This document shows positions 9,801 through 18,791 of a stretch of 64,000 nucleotides of DNA, piece after piece; position 1 is the first letter of the stretch; the number at the start of each line of letters is the position of its first letter. The stretch is from assembly GCA_963827275.1 (NCBI GenBank), contig CAWHAA010000002.1:160001-224000 (forward strand), written 5' to 3'. The position numbers and the translations under genes are program-made. The notes below the pieces were generated by a model, which did not search any database, was not told the DNA's origin, and was given only the letters and a program-made list of their open reading frames with translations. This DNA comes from an uncultured Spirochaetota bacterium (GTDB lineage: Bacteria > Spirochaetota > UBA4802 > UBA5550).

Positions 9801-12246
9801 GTCCATTGAAACTGACAGGCAGAAATACCGGCCGGGCGATACGACGGTAGCGACGCTCAGGGCGCGTGACGGAAGCGGCGCGCCGGTCAGGGCCGACCTT
9901 TCCGTTGCGGCGGTGGACGAGGCGGTATTCCAGGTGCGGCATGACCACACCCCGCCCATGAAGGACTTCTTTTACTCGAAAATATCAAACTGGGTGCTGA
10001 CCAGCTATTCCTACCCGGTGACCCTGCTTGCCGGCGCCGCCAAGGTCGGCGGCGCAATAAAGGTGCGGGAGAAGTTTGAGGACACCGCGTTCTGGGCGGC
10101 GAAGGTCAGGACCGATGCCGACGGCGCCGCGCGGGTGAGCTTCACCCTCCCTGATAACCTGACGACGTGGCGCCTCACTGCGCGGGGACACGACAGGACG
10201 GGCCGGGTCGGGGAGATGCGCGCATCATTCCCGGTCACGCAGGACCTGATCGCGCGCATCGGGAAGCCGCGGTTCATGGTGGAGGGCGACACCATGGCGC
10301 TTATCGGCATTGTCAACAGCAATACCGGGAGGGGGCTCAGGCAGGTGGCGACCGAGCTGAAGGCCGACGGAACAGAGCTCCAGCCTGATGAAAAAACCGC
10401 CATCAGCCTTCCCGCGTTCGGGTCGGCGCGGCAGTACTATTTATACAAAGTGCCAAAAGAGAAGCGGGAGGTGACTCTCCAGTATACGGCGCGGGCAGAC
10501 CGGGAAGCCTCCGACGCGCTCACGCTGCCGGTCCCGGTTGAGCGGCGCGGCACTTCGTTCAAGCTCTTCGGCATCGGGGACATGGCGGGGAATAAAAGCG
10601 TGGTCATCGCGCCGCTTGCGGATACGGACGATTTCTCCTTCGTGCCGGAATCGGCGACCGTGTCGCTGAACCCCTCCCCGATAATCCAGATGCTCCGCGC
10701 GGCTGATTTCCTGAGCGAGTATCCTTACGGGTGCGTGGAACAGACACTGAACAGCTTTATCCCTAACCTCGCGCTGCAGAGGATGCTCCGGCAGAAGGGA
10801 TACGCCGGGTTCATCAGCGACAGGGCGAAGAAAAAGCTTGAAGACAAGGCCGGCGCGGGCCTCGCGCGCGTGCAGCAGCAGCAGAACGACGACGGGACCT
10901 GGGGCTGGTGGTCCGGGGACCGGGGCAACGGTTCCGTGACCGGGTACGTCCTGTATTCGCTCTACCTTGCTCGCGCGTCAGGCTACGCGGTGGACAAGGA
11001 GCGCGTTGCACGGGGCCTGGAGGCCGTTACCAGGTATTTAAAGAATCCCACGGTCGAGGAATGGGACGAGATATCCTACCTTATCTATATCAATGCGCTC
11101 TGGGGCCGCTGGGACCATGATGTTTTTCTCAGGGCGATGAAGGCGGGCGAACCGGGCGCGTACCGCCTGGCCTGTCTCCTGAAAGCGTTGTCACTCGCCC
11201 GTTCGCATGAGAAATTGGGTGAAGAGATGAAAAACGACATCAACGCCGCCATGCCCCGGCTCAGGGATTCGCTCCTGGCCCTGGCGAAAAAGGACGGACG
11301 CGGGATCTACTGGGGGAGCAGGGAACAAGACCGTTGGAGCTGGCCGGGCGGGGACCCGGAAGTGACGGCGCATGTGCTCTCCGCGCTGGTGGCATCGGGC
11401 GACCGGACGACCCTGCCGGCCCAGATCGTCAGCTCGCTCTGCGGCCGTGGACGCGGCGAGGCCTGGAATTCAACAAAAGAGACGGGGACCGTCATGCTGG
11501 CCCTGTGCGGATATATTGAAGCGACCGCCGGCGCCGCCGTACCGAAGGGTACGGTGCGCTTTGCCATGGACGGCAGGACAATCGCCGACATTCCCTATGA
11601 TCTTGAAAAGCCCGGGGACCCTGAACGGTACACCAGAAAAATTTCCCTTGCCGGGAGCGCGCCGCGCTCCTCGTTCGCCATCGCGGCGGACGGGAACGCC
11701 GGCGCGGACGTAAGCTTCCAGGTCGTGATTGACGGGACGCTCTATTTCAGGGAGAAGGGATTGTCCCTTCTGAAATCGGAAGAGCGGGGCATCGGCGCTC
11801 TTTCAAACGGCATCACAATCACCAGGACCTTTGCCGCCATCACCAGGGTCCGCGATGCGCATAATAACGAGTACATGGTGCCGCAGAGCCTTGACGGGAC
11901 CAGGGCGGTCCAGGTGGGGGACGAGATGCTGGTAAAGGTGAAATTCTCTGTGCAGGACGACTTCCAGTACCTGGTGCTGGAGGACTATCTCCCCTCGGGA
12001 TTCGAGGTGACCAGGAACAGCGCCTACGACGACTACCGGCCGTATGTTCACATGGAGCGGAGGGACAACCGGATGGTGTATTTCTTCACCGGCCTCAAGA
12101 AGAACGAGGCATACGAGATCGCCTATGTGATTCGGGCCGAGCTGCCGGGGAATTTCATGGTTCGGCCGTCGCGGATGGAATGCATGTACGAGCCGACCAT
12201 CCAGGGGTGGGCGGCGCCGGCCGTTGTTGAAGTGAAGAAAAAATAG
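6871..12246 (+). CDS. Alpha-2-macroglobulin family lipoprotein with intact thioester motif and N-terminal carboxypeptidase-regulatory-like repeats
   Basis: YTDRPVYRAG, FYVEQYRKPEF, LSVAAVDEAV, VREKFEDTAFW, LPDNLTTWR, YPYGCVEQ, QNDDGTWGWW, LEDYLPSGFE, MYEP; lipobox-like LILTHC. Confidence 0.95.
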   Translation: MCKKIFSCLILVSLGLILTHCDTAGVKRLDDGRSIYLSDGKKLSAKTGIEGHVIDAKTKKGIRDAQVEMKNANMGVGYYTRETDRNGYFKIEDFIPYVRYSVEATAKGYVTYRSTGPVTGGSHTFALAPESRLSGTVRNRKGEPLLGVEVKLTAYDEPTEEGENIVSRAPRIAATDGNGSYGFDKLPAGSYTVLFTFPGCISETAQVRNIKEGESFDLPMVMTRPASVMGNVVIEGLNSPAINVDVSIEGQVTQSAATFQDGTYRLDDVKPGTYKMTVAHQGFYELTAHTIKISEGEKRENVNFTVKAKEPQVQVYAYRYTFAPGDAIEFNVRSLRLETLKATVYRVPIDILVRGGVDADRLDPAAEGFKALFSWDEPVREFEPYEWRYQSVQVKNPLSTGGYCIEVRGAGRVISRKFFSLTTVGVVMKRSRESVFAYVTSLVDNTPIPDARVVLFDTTPQKKKGKKATYDPPDQVEDLPVKALLQGKTDRDGICHKGFRSDRHISAIVIAGDGSYAICNTGSPSSFEKEQKKYFIYTDRPVYRAGDAVHYKIIAKNRERRFVPVAGERLYYRIVNRDMAKTVAEGEMTLDDWGTADGALALSREAHLGVHEIMAGPTVKNLYSRGRFYVEQYRKPEFIIKIIPSKDYFINGDTTEFKVESKYFFGAPLKGALVQYRFYETRLRDANTTYWWERDYGDSAPYNRIVLEGEKYADDEGVAVLRLHAGNLPYDREITCEATVVDRSNVSITASGTVRIGRGEYYIKIEPTRNFFAAGEKKVVAVKTMTHTGKPLSARVKVELFRYIWKPWERVYVHDSRPLYSETATTDSRGAVLIELPKQFSLYGEFDMVVTGTDRRENRITASRVIWVYGAEGSAVASRFKNLELTLDTDEMAKPGEVTCLVKSCFTDAYVCLTLEGRDVYESKVVKMTGNIVPVKFTVKEAYAPNLYVTASMQRKRALYTESAGITIPVNDTELSLSIETDRQKYRPGDTTVATLRARDGSGAPVRADLSVAAVDEAVFQVRHDHTPPMKDFFYSKISNWVLTSYSYPVTLLAGAAKVGGAIKVREKFEDTAFWAAKVRTDADGAARVSFTLPDNLTTWRLTARGHDRTGRVGEMRASFPVTQDLIARIGKPRFMVEGDTMALIGIVNSNTGRGLRQVATELKADGTELQPDEKTAISLPAFGSARQYYLYKVPKEKREVTLQYTARADREASDALTLPVPVERRGTSFKLFGIGDMAGNKSVVIAPLADTDDFSFVPESATVSLNPSPIIQMLRAADFLSEYPYGCVEQTLNSFIPNLALQRMLRQKGYAGFISDRAKKKLEDKAGAGLARVQQQQNDDGTWGWWSGDRGNGSVTGYVLYSLYLARASGYAVDKERVARGLEAVTRYLKNPTVEEWDEISYLIYINALWGRWDHDVFLRAMKAGEPGAYRLACLLKALSLARSHEKLGEEMKNDINAAMPRLRDSLLALAKKDGRGIYWGSREQDRWSWPGGDPEVTAHVLSALVASGDRTTLPAQIVSSLCGRGRGEAWNSTKETGTVMLALCGYIEATAGAAVPKGTVRFAMDGRTIADIPYDLEKPGDPERYTRKISLAGSAPRSSFAIAADGNAGADVSFQVVIDGTLYFREKGLSLLKSEERGIGALSNGITITRTFAAITRVRDAHNNEYMVPQSLDGTRAVQVGDEMLVKVKFSVQDDFQYLVLEDYLPSGFEVTRNSAYDDYRPYVHMERRDNRMVYFFTGLKKNEAYEIAYVIRAELPGNFMVRPSRMECMYEPTIQGWAAPAVVEVKKK

Positions 12247-12257
12247 AGGGTGCGCAT

Positions 12258-12470
12258 ATGAAACCAAAGACAATACTCATTATCGTGATCGTCGTGCTCC
12301 TGACGATATTCGCGATGCAGAATACCCACGCGGTCGTTGTCAATATGCTGTTCTGGCATCCGGATTTTCCCCTGATTATCCTGGTGCTGGTGTTATTGGG
12401 CGCAGGGCTTGTCGCGGGATACCTTGCGGGGGGTGCCGCCCAGGTCAAGAAGAAGGAAAAAGAGTATTAG
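12258..12470 (+). CDS. LapA (lipopolysaccharide assembly protein A)-domain small membrane protein
   Basis: IFAMQNT..V.VN.LFW...PL..L pattern; two TM segments; 70 aa. Confidence 0.8.
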   Translation: MKPKTILIIVIVVLLTIFAMQNTHAVVVNMLFWHPDFPLIILVLVLLGAGLVAGYLAGGAAQVKKKEKEY

Positions 12471-12473
12471 CGC

Positions 12474-14549
12474 GTGAGAAGGCTGCTCCCTGCGCTCATC
12501 ATTGCCGTCATCGCGCTTTCCGCTCCCATGCGGGCGGCGGATGATGCCGATCCGGTCGTCGTCGTGCGGGTCCTTTCAAAGCAGGTCCGCCTTTTAAGCG
12601 AGGGCGTATTGGAAGAGATCGTCATATCGGCGGATGATGATGCGGCAATCATTGATGAGATCATGCACCGGCAGGAGCGCGGGAAGAGCATCACGATCAG
12701 AATGGATAACGGCGTGCCCCGCGTTGCGATAGACGCACAGCCCGTGACGGGTCCGATCGCGCTCTCGATCAGGCCCGGGCCGGACGGCGGCACCTGCAGG
12801 GTCAGGCTTTCGTCCGAGGAGCGTACCTTCCCGCTCCCCTTTTCCATCACGGGCAGTCAAGGGGAGCTCCGGTGTCACGTGCGGGAGCGGCTCTCCCGGT
12901 ACGCGGTCGATTCAGCCCTCGCGGAATACGGCGGGGAATTCCGGGATGACCGGGAAGCGGTGCTGGCGCTTGCCCATGTCATCAGGGCGCGGTATTTTTT
13001 CATGAAACGGGCGCCGGCTCACGGCGACGCGGATTTTTGCGACCTGGCGCACTGCCAGGCGTACCGGGGCAGGATACGGGGCGGGGCCCCGCTTGGCGAT
13101 GGATGGACCATTGACCACGAAAAACTTTCAAAGAACCTTTTCTTCAATTCTCGCTGCGGCGGGAGCATCTTCAGCGACAGCGTGTTCGGCAGAGGACCGC
13201 GCCCAGCCGCGGCGGCACCGGCCGCCAGGGACTGGCTCTACCGCGAGGGGTCCTGGCTCTGCCGTGACGCCGCGTCCCGGTGGGAGTGCACGATACGCGG
13301 TGAGGAACTCGGGCGGATCGTCTTCCCGGAGCGCGGCGCGAGCGGGACAGGCGCGCCGCGCTTTGAATATGACCGGGGGATGCTGGTTGTCCGTGTTCGC
13401 GGCGGCGGGAGCGGGACAGTCATCCCCGTGGAGACCTTCAGGCTTACGGTAAACCGTGTCCGGGGATGGAATTTCATAAAGAGCAATAACTTCGAGATGA
13501 CTGAAGAGTCGGAGGGTGAAGGAACGCGGTACCGGTTCCGGGGGGAGGGGCTGGGTCACGGTGCCGGTCTCTGCCAGCACGGCGCCGCCGCCCTGTCGCG
13601 GCGCGGGTACAATCGCTACGAGATAATAGAACACTATTTCCCTGACCTGCAGTTTCGGGCGCCCCGGAACAAACCGGCCCTGCCGCCGGGACTCTCATAC
13701 TGTATTGTTGACCTGGCCTCGGGAAACCCCCTGGAAATGAGCCACGGCCGCGACTTTTTAAAGAGAAGGGTGCCTCCCGGTTCCATCTTCAAGCTCATCG
13801 TTGCGCTGTATCTCGCGGCTGAACGCCCGGACCTCTTCTACGATTATACCTATGACTGTGCCGGAAAAAACAGAGGCGACCATCGCATGCCGGACCGGTG
13901 CTGGGACCCGGCCGGACACGGCACGGTCAGGATAGGGGATGCGGTGGCGCATTCGTGCAATCTATATTTTGCGTCGCTCTATGACAAAATACCGGAAAAG
14001 AGATTCAGGATCTTTTATGAACGCCTGTCCCGCTCCCTCGGGATATCGTCCGTGCTGCCGGAGGTCGCGGATGAGCGCGGCTGGTCGAAGCTCCTTGCAG
14101 GACTCGATTCCCGGCTGTCATTCCCGGTGGGTGATTATATCCGCCTTGCGATGTACCTGGATTGCGACCGGCGCCCAGAAGGGTATGAGAAACAGGACCC
14201 GGCCGGCCCGGCGCTCCCCGAGCGGAGAGCGCTATTCAAGTCAATGAAGCGCCTGTTTGTCGACGGGACTGCCTCACGTCGGTCAAAGGACCCGGCCGGG
14301 CGCGGTACTGACGGCATCCTCGAGCAATGGGAGGGGCGCGTTCTCGCATCGGGGCGGCATGAGTTCTGGGGAAAGACCGCGACTATCGCAGACGGGACCA
14401 ACAGCGCCCTCGGCTACGGGGTCTTCATCGGCGGGAGCGGCACGACCGGCATTGTCGCTGTCGCCAGGAGGTCGAGCGGGCGGATGGCGGCGCGGTGGGC
14501 GCGGATCGCGCTGATACGCTATATCGATAACGCGCGGCCGTCACGCTGA
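12474..14549 (+). CDS. SpoIID/LytB lytic transglycosylase domain fused to a penicillin-binding transpeptidase-like domain
   Basis: SpoIID: ALAEY, DFCDLAHCQAYRG, GHGAGLCQHGA...IIEHYFP. Transpeptidase: PGSIFK (SxxK), CW...GHG, HSCN (SxN), GKTAT (KTG-like). Signal peptide present. Confidence 0.85.
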   Translation: MRRLLPALIIAVIALSAPMRAADDADPVVVVRVLSKQVRLLSEGVLEEIVISADDDAAIIDEIMHRQERGKSITIRMDNGVPRVAIDAQPVTGPIALSIRPGPDGGTCRVRLSSEERTFPLPFSITGSQGELRCHVRERLSRYAVDSALAEYGGEFRDDREAVLALAHVIRARYFFMKRAPAHGDADFCDLAHCQAYRGRIRGGAPLGDGWTIDHEKLSKNLFFNSRCGGSIFSDSVFGRGPRPAAAAPAARDWLYREGSWLCRDAASRWECTIRGEELGRIVFPERGASGTGAPRFEYDRGMLVVRVRGGGSGTVIPVETFRLTVNRVRGWNFIKSNNFEMTEESEGEGTRYRFRGEGLGHGAGLCQHGAAALSRRGYNRYEIIEHYFPDLQFRAPRNKPALPPGLSYCIVDLASGNPLEMSHGRDFLKRRVPPGSIFKLIVALYLAAERPDLFYDYTYDCAGKNRGDHRMPDRCWDPAGHGTVRIGDAVAHSCNLYFASLYDKIPEKRFRIFYERLSRSLGISSVLPEVADERGWSKLLAGLDSRLSFPVGDYIRLAMYLDCDRRPEGYEKQDPAGPALPERRALFKSMKRLFVDGTASRRSKDPAGRGTDGILEQWEGRVLASGRHEFWGKTATIADGTNSALGYGVFIGGSGTTGIVAVARRSSGRMAARWARIALIRYIDNARPSR

Positions 14550-15125
14550 GAGCTGCTTCAGCGCGTCCTTGATAATAGTCTCGATCGAGGCAGCAGGATC
14601 GTTTTTTAATACCTCATCAATGACCCGGGATGATTTTGCGTCATCGAAGCCGAGGGTTACCAGCGCTTCGACCGCGTCATTTTTCAGCGTCGGGGGCTCA
14701 CCGGATTGACCGGCATAGTGCGCGAGTTTCTTTATCTTGCGCTTCAGGTCGAAGATCAGCTTCTCTGCCTTGGCCTTGCCGATGCCAGGTATTTTCATCA
14801 GAAGGGCGGCGTTCTCGGTCTGAACCGCTTCGATAAGGCGGCCGATGCTGATGCCGGAGAGGATGGACAGGGCCATGGACGGGCCGATACCGCTGATATT
14901 CAGAAGTATGACGAAGAGGTCCCTCTCATCCTCGGTGGAGAACCCGAAGAGCCTGAACTGATCCTCCCTGTGGAGCGTGTGCACGTACAGGGCCGTTTCT
15001 TCCGATGGCTGGATCTTTTCATAGGTGGTGAGGGGGATACTCAGGCCGTAGCCCACTCCATGCACATCGATGACCACCTCTGTTGGTTTTAACTGATCAA
15101 TTTTTCCTTTTATTTTTGAGATCAT
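14541..15125 (-). CDS. ruvA: Holliday junction branch migration protein RuvA
   Basis: VHGVGY, HREDQFRLFGF, ISGIGPSMAL, IPGIGKAKAEK, ALVTLGF. Confidence 0.97.
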   Translation of the reverse strand: MISKIKGKIDQLKPTEVVIDVHGVGYGLSIPLTTYEKIQPSEETALYVHTLHREDQFRLFGFSTEDERDLFVILLNISGIGPSMALSILSGISIGRLIEAVQTENAALLMKIPGIGKAKAEKLIFDLKRKIKKLAHYAGQSGEPPTLKNDAVEALVTLGFDDAKSSRVIDEVLKNDPAASIETIIKDALKQLSA

Positions 15126-15241
15126 GGAGTATATCCTTGCGCGAATGATAGGACATAATCCGATTATAGAATAATTTCAAGTAATAAATGTTGAATTTTT
15201 TTATAAATTTTTACCGGGAGCAATAAATTTTTAGTTTTCTT

Positions 15242-15652
15242 TCAGATCCATGATGAGGATTTGCTCTTTTCAGCGATCCTTTCAATTATCACAAAAGCCA
15301 CAGCGTAATCAAAATCGTGGCTTATGCTCAGGTGGAAAATATACGACTCCAGGGGGCCTTTATTTTTGATCAGCACGTCGGCGTTTTCAAAGAACGGCCT
15401 GCCGTTACTGTCGTTGAGAATGGTGACCGCGGCGTTGCTGAAGTCCCGGTAGCCCAGCGCCTTGGCGAGGGCCTCTTTTGAGGCATACCGGCCGGCCAGG
15501 AAGGTCTCCGGGTTTGTGTCCGGCAAAAGGGTGATCTCCTCGGATGAAAGGTTTTTCTGGGTGAAGCGGTCCCGGTGCTCGAGGTTCATGCGCCGTATAC
15601 GCCGAACGTCCACGATATCGGTCCCGATGCCTGCTATACTGCCCTGTTCCAT
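15242..15652 (-). CDS. acpS: Holo-ACP synthase
   Basis: GIGTDIV, LAGRYASKEALAKALG, GRP, LSISHD. Confidence 0.93.
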   Translation of the reverse strand: MEQGSIAGIGTDIVDVRRIRRMNLEHRDRFTQKNLSSEEITLLPDTNPETFLAGRYASKEALAKALGYRDFSNAAVTILNDSNGRPFFENADVLIKNKGPLESYIFHLSISHDFDYAVAFVIIERIAEKSKSSSWI

Positions 15653-15848
15653 CCGTCACGTCTCCTGCTGAAATGATGAAGCGCGGGGCCATAGGTGTCA
15701 ACCGTGTTTTATCTAATGCCCTTCGTGCCGCTTCGAACGGTGCCACGTGCGGTCCTTTTTTGATGCTGCTTCCCATGCGGCAGGCGCAGACAGTGATGCC
15801 GGCTGTCGAATCACCGATGCCTGTCAGTCCATGGATTGGATAAAAAAC

Positions 15849-15877
15849 TTGACATTTTATTGCTACGTCAGTAATAT
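15849..15877 (+). promoter_or_regulatory. Sigma70 promoter of the TetR-efflux operon
   Basis: TTGACA-17 bp-TAATAT. Confidence 0.75.
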
Positions 15878-15913
15878 TAACTAAATAGTTAGTTAAAATA
15901 AATAGTTGGTTAA
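15877..15913. promoter_or_regulatory. Putative TetR operator(s)
   Basis: Perfect inverted repeat TTAACTAA-ATAG-TTAGTTAA (15877-15896), plus a second degenerate copy TAAATAGTTGGTTAA 17 bp downstream, over the predicted TSS. Confidence 0.7.
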
Positions 15914-15925
15914 TAGGAGCTTATA

Positions 15926-16534
15926 ATGGAAGCCCTTTCAACTGAGGAAAAGATAAAAAAATCAGCGCAGAGGGAATTCGCGCAGTACGGCTATGAGGGG
16001 GCCCGGGTCGATCGGATCGCCCGGATGGCAAAAGTCAACAAGGCGATGATCTATTATCATTTTAAAAGCAAGGAAAACCTGTATGAGCATCTCTTATCAA
16101 AAGTGTATGCCGCCATTTTCCCCCGTATTATTGAAGATATTCCGAAAGAGCTAGGCCCGAGGGAGACGCTCGAACGGATCATCGGGAGCTTTATCGATTT
16201 CATCAAGGAGCTCGACGAGGATTTTATCCGGATGATGCTTCGCGAGCTCTCCAGCGGCGGAAAGTATTTTAAGAAACTGATGCTGCCGAAAGTCATTGTC
16301 CCGATGATAAAGGTCGTGGAGCAGCTTTTCGAAGATGGCGTGCGGCAGGGTGTGTTTAAAACTGTCGTCCCCCACTATTCGTTCATACAGACGCTCGGGG
16401 CGATCATATTTACCAACGCTATCCGCATAATCCTTTCTGATACGGACGTCGGCAAGGCCCTGTTCAAGAAAGATTTTTTTGATGATTTCAAGAGGAACCT
16501 GCTTACGATTCTTGAAAAAGGGATCCTGGCGTGA
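15926..16534 (+). CDS. TetR/AcrR family transcriptional regulator
   Basis: EFAQYGYEGARVDRIARMAKVNKAMIYYHFKSKENLY helix-turn-helix. Confidence 0.95.
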   Translation: MEALSTEEKIKKSAQREFAQYGYEGARVDRIARMAKVNKAMIYYHFKSKENLYEHLLSKVYAAIFPRIIEDIPKELGPRETLERIIGSFIDFIKELDEDFIRMMLRELSSGGKYFKKLMLPKVIVPMIKVVEQLFEDGVRQGVFKTVVPHYSFIQTLGAIIFTNAIRIILSDTDVGKALFKKDFFDDFKRNLLTILEKGILA

Positions 16535-16546
16535 CGAGGAGGAAAC

Positions 16547-17977
16547 ATGAATAGCAGGACACGTTTGCTACTGTTGATTTTACTGGCCGGTGCGCTGCCG
16601 TGCCTGGTTCACCAGGTCCCCGTGAGCGCCCGGGAGACAGTAAAGAGAATACGCCTGGACGATGCCATCGCTCTTGCCAAGCAGAACAACCATGACTATA
16701 AGATCGCCCGGCACCGGCAGAAGGCCGATTCGGAAAAAGTGAACCAGGCCTGGGGCACCCTCCTCCCGGTCATCGAATCACAGGCCGCCCTCGTCCGCCA
16801 GGGCGCCGATTCAGGCTTCCTGAGCATGTCTGACGGGCAGTACGATATCAGGCTGGTGCAGGTGAAATTCGGCATCAACCCGGGGATGTTCTACAACGCC
16901 CTGCAGATGTCGCGCAAGGCGTATGCCGCTTCGGCGGAGGAAGTGAAGAAGATCAAGAGCGATATCGAGTTCAACGTCATAGAGAGCTATTTCAACTGCA
17001 TCCTCGCCGAAGAGATGATATCGATCAGGAAAGACACGGTGAAGCTTTTACAGGAAAACCTGAAAGATGTCACGAACATGTATAAAACCGGGAGCGTCCC
17101 GAAATACGAGCTCCTCCAGGCGCAGGTGCACCTGAAGGGGCAGGAACCGCTCCTCTTTGAGGCGGAAAACCGCTACCGGCTTGCGCAGGAGATGTTCAAC
17201 TACCAGCTCGGGCTCGACGAACGGATTTATACCGCCGACCGGGAGATCCTGGGGAAGGATGAGTTCCGGAGCGCGGAGGACGACATCGATCTATTTGTGC
17301 GGCGCGTCGGCGGCGTGGCGATGACGAACAGGCCGGAGATCATCCAGCTTAAAATGAAAAAAGAGATCGCCGGTCACATGAAGAACATCAATGATTCCTA
17401 CTACCTCTGGCCCACCTTCATGGTGGGGGGCTATTACGGGTACAACAAGGGCCTCCCCACCGCCACCGAGGCCTACCTCCCGGTGTCGAACGGGGGGGTG
17501 GGATACATGGACCTGTCGCGCATCGCGGGTGACGGCAGGTGGCAGCCCAACTGGCAGGTGCAGATCGCCGCGACCTACCGCTGGAGCGCCCTGCTCCCGT
17601 TCGATTCCACCAGGGCGCAGGCGCGGGAGTCAAAGGAGCGCATGAAGGAGACCGAAGAGGAGATCCTCAAGGTGAAGCGCCTGATAACGATATCGCTCAA
17701 ATCATCGTATGCGAACCTCCTGACCTCGTGCCGGACGATCGCTTCCCACAGGGAAAACGTCGAGAAGGCGCAGGAAGGGCTGCGCATCGCGCGGGAGAGC
17801 TACCGGGCGGGCGTGATCAGGAACGCGGAGCTGATCGGCGCGCAGGTGCCCCTCACCCAGGCGCAGGCGGGATACATAAACGCCGTGAATACCTACTACC
17901 AGTCGCTGGCGAAACTGAAGAAGGAGATCGGCGTGGAAGATGAAGGCATTATTTTCGGAGGGAACAGGCATGAATAA
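16547..17977 (+). CDS. TolC family outer membrane efflux protein
   Basis: Signal peptide, LDDAIALAKQNN, two OEP repeats (YKTGSVPKYELLQA / YRAGVIRNAELIGA). Confidence 0.9.
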   Translation: MNSRTRLLLLILLAGALPCLVHQVPVSARETVKRIRLDDAIALAKQNNHDYKIARHRQKADSEKVNQAWGTLLPVIESQAALVRQGADSGFLSMSDGQYDIRLVQVKFGINPGMFYNALQMSRKAYAASAEEVKKIKSDIEFNVIESYFNCILAEEMISIRKDTVKLLQENLKDVTNMYKTGSVPKYELLQAQVHLKGQEPLLFEAENRYRLAQEMFNYQLGLDERIYTADREILGKDEFRSAEDDIDLFVRRVGGVAMTNRPEIIQLKMKKEIAGHMKNINDSYYLWPTFMVGGYYGYNKGLPTATEAYLPVSNGGVGYMDLSRIAGDGRWQPNWQVQIAATYRWSALLPFDSTRAQARESKERMKETEEEILKVKRLITISLKSSYANLLTSCRTIASHRENVEKAQEGLRIARESYRAGVIRNAELIGAQVPLTQAQAGYINAVNTYYQSLAKLKKEIGVEDEGIIFGGNRHE

Positions 17978-18791
17978 GGAAGCTGGCATGGATAAGAGAA
18001 AGTTAATCCCCATAGCGGTCATCGTGGTGGCGCTCACGATCTCCGTTCTCTATTTCGAGGTGTTCCGCCATATCAAGACAGACGGATCGCGCATCGAGGG
18101 TTCGGGCACCATCGAGGTGACCGAAATAGACATCGGTTCGAAGCTGATGGGGAGGATTGTCTCGATCGCAAAGGACGAAGGCGAAGCGGTGACACAGGGC
18201 GAGGTGCTGGTGCGGATCGCCTACGCAGAGCTTGATGCGCAGCGGCTTTCCGTAATCGCAAACCTGAACAATGCAAAAAAGAACATGGAGCGGGTCAGGG
18301 CGCTCTATAAGAGCGGCTCGGTTTCAAAGAAGGACTTCGACAACATGGAGGCATTGTACCGGACCGCGAAGGCGGGGCACGAGCAGATCAACGCGGCGAT
18401 CGACAACGCGGCGATCGCCTCCCCGATCGACGGCGTGGTGCTTGAAAAAAATCTCGAGATCGGCGAGATCGCCTTTCCCGGCACGCCGGTGCTGACCGTG
18501 GCGGACATAGAGGACACCTGGATAAAAATATATGTGAATGAAACGGAGATGGGCAGGGTGAAGCTCGGCCAGAAGGCGGTGGTCACCGTGGATTCGTTCC
18601 CTGATAAAGAGTTCAGGGGGAACGTCGTCTCGATTTCGAACAAGGCGGAATTCACCCCAAAGACGATACAGACAAAGGATGAACGGGTCAAGCTCATGTT
18701 CGCGGTGAAGATCGCGGTGCCGAACCCGAACCAGGAACTCAAGCCGGGGATGCCGGCAGACGCCTCTATCATAACCGGAGAAAAAAAATGA
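17970..18791 (+). CDS. HlyD/YbhG-like membrane fusion protein
   Basis: GSGTIE, IASPIDGVV, AEFTPKTIQTKDERVKLMF, LKPGMPAD. Confidence 0.93.
   Translation: MNKEAGMDKRKLIPIAVIVVALTISVLYFEVFRHIKTDGSRIEGSGTIEVTEIDIGSKLMGRIVSIAKDEGEAVTQGEVLVRIAYAELDAQRLSVIANLNNAKKNMERVRALYKSGSVSKKDFDNMEALYRTAKAGHEQINAAIDNAAIASPIDGVVLEKNLEIGEIAFPGTPVLTVADIEDTWIKIYVNETEMGRVKLGQKAVVTVDSFPDKEFRGNVVSISNKAEFTPKTIQTKDERVKLMFAVKIAVPNPNQELKPGMPADASIITGEKK

Noticed and set aside
15778..15826. Possible structured RNA between acpS and TetR
   Set aside because: Short GC-rich pairings expected by chance; no riboswitch consensus recognised
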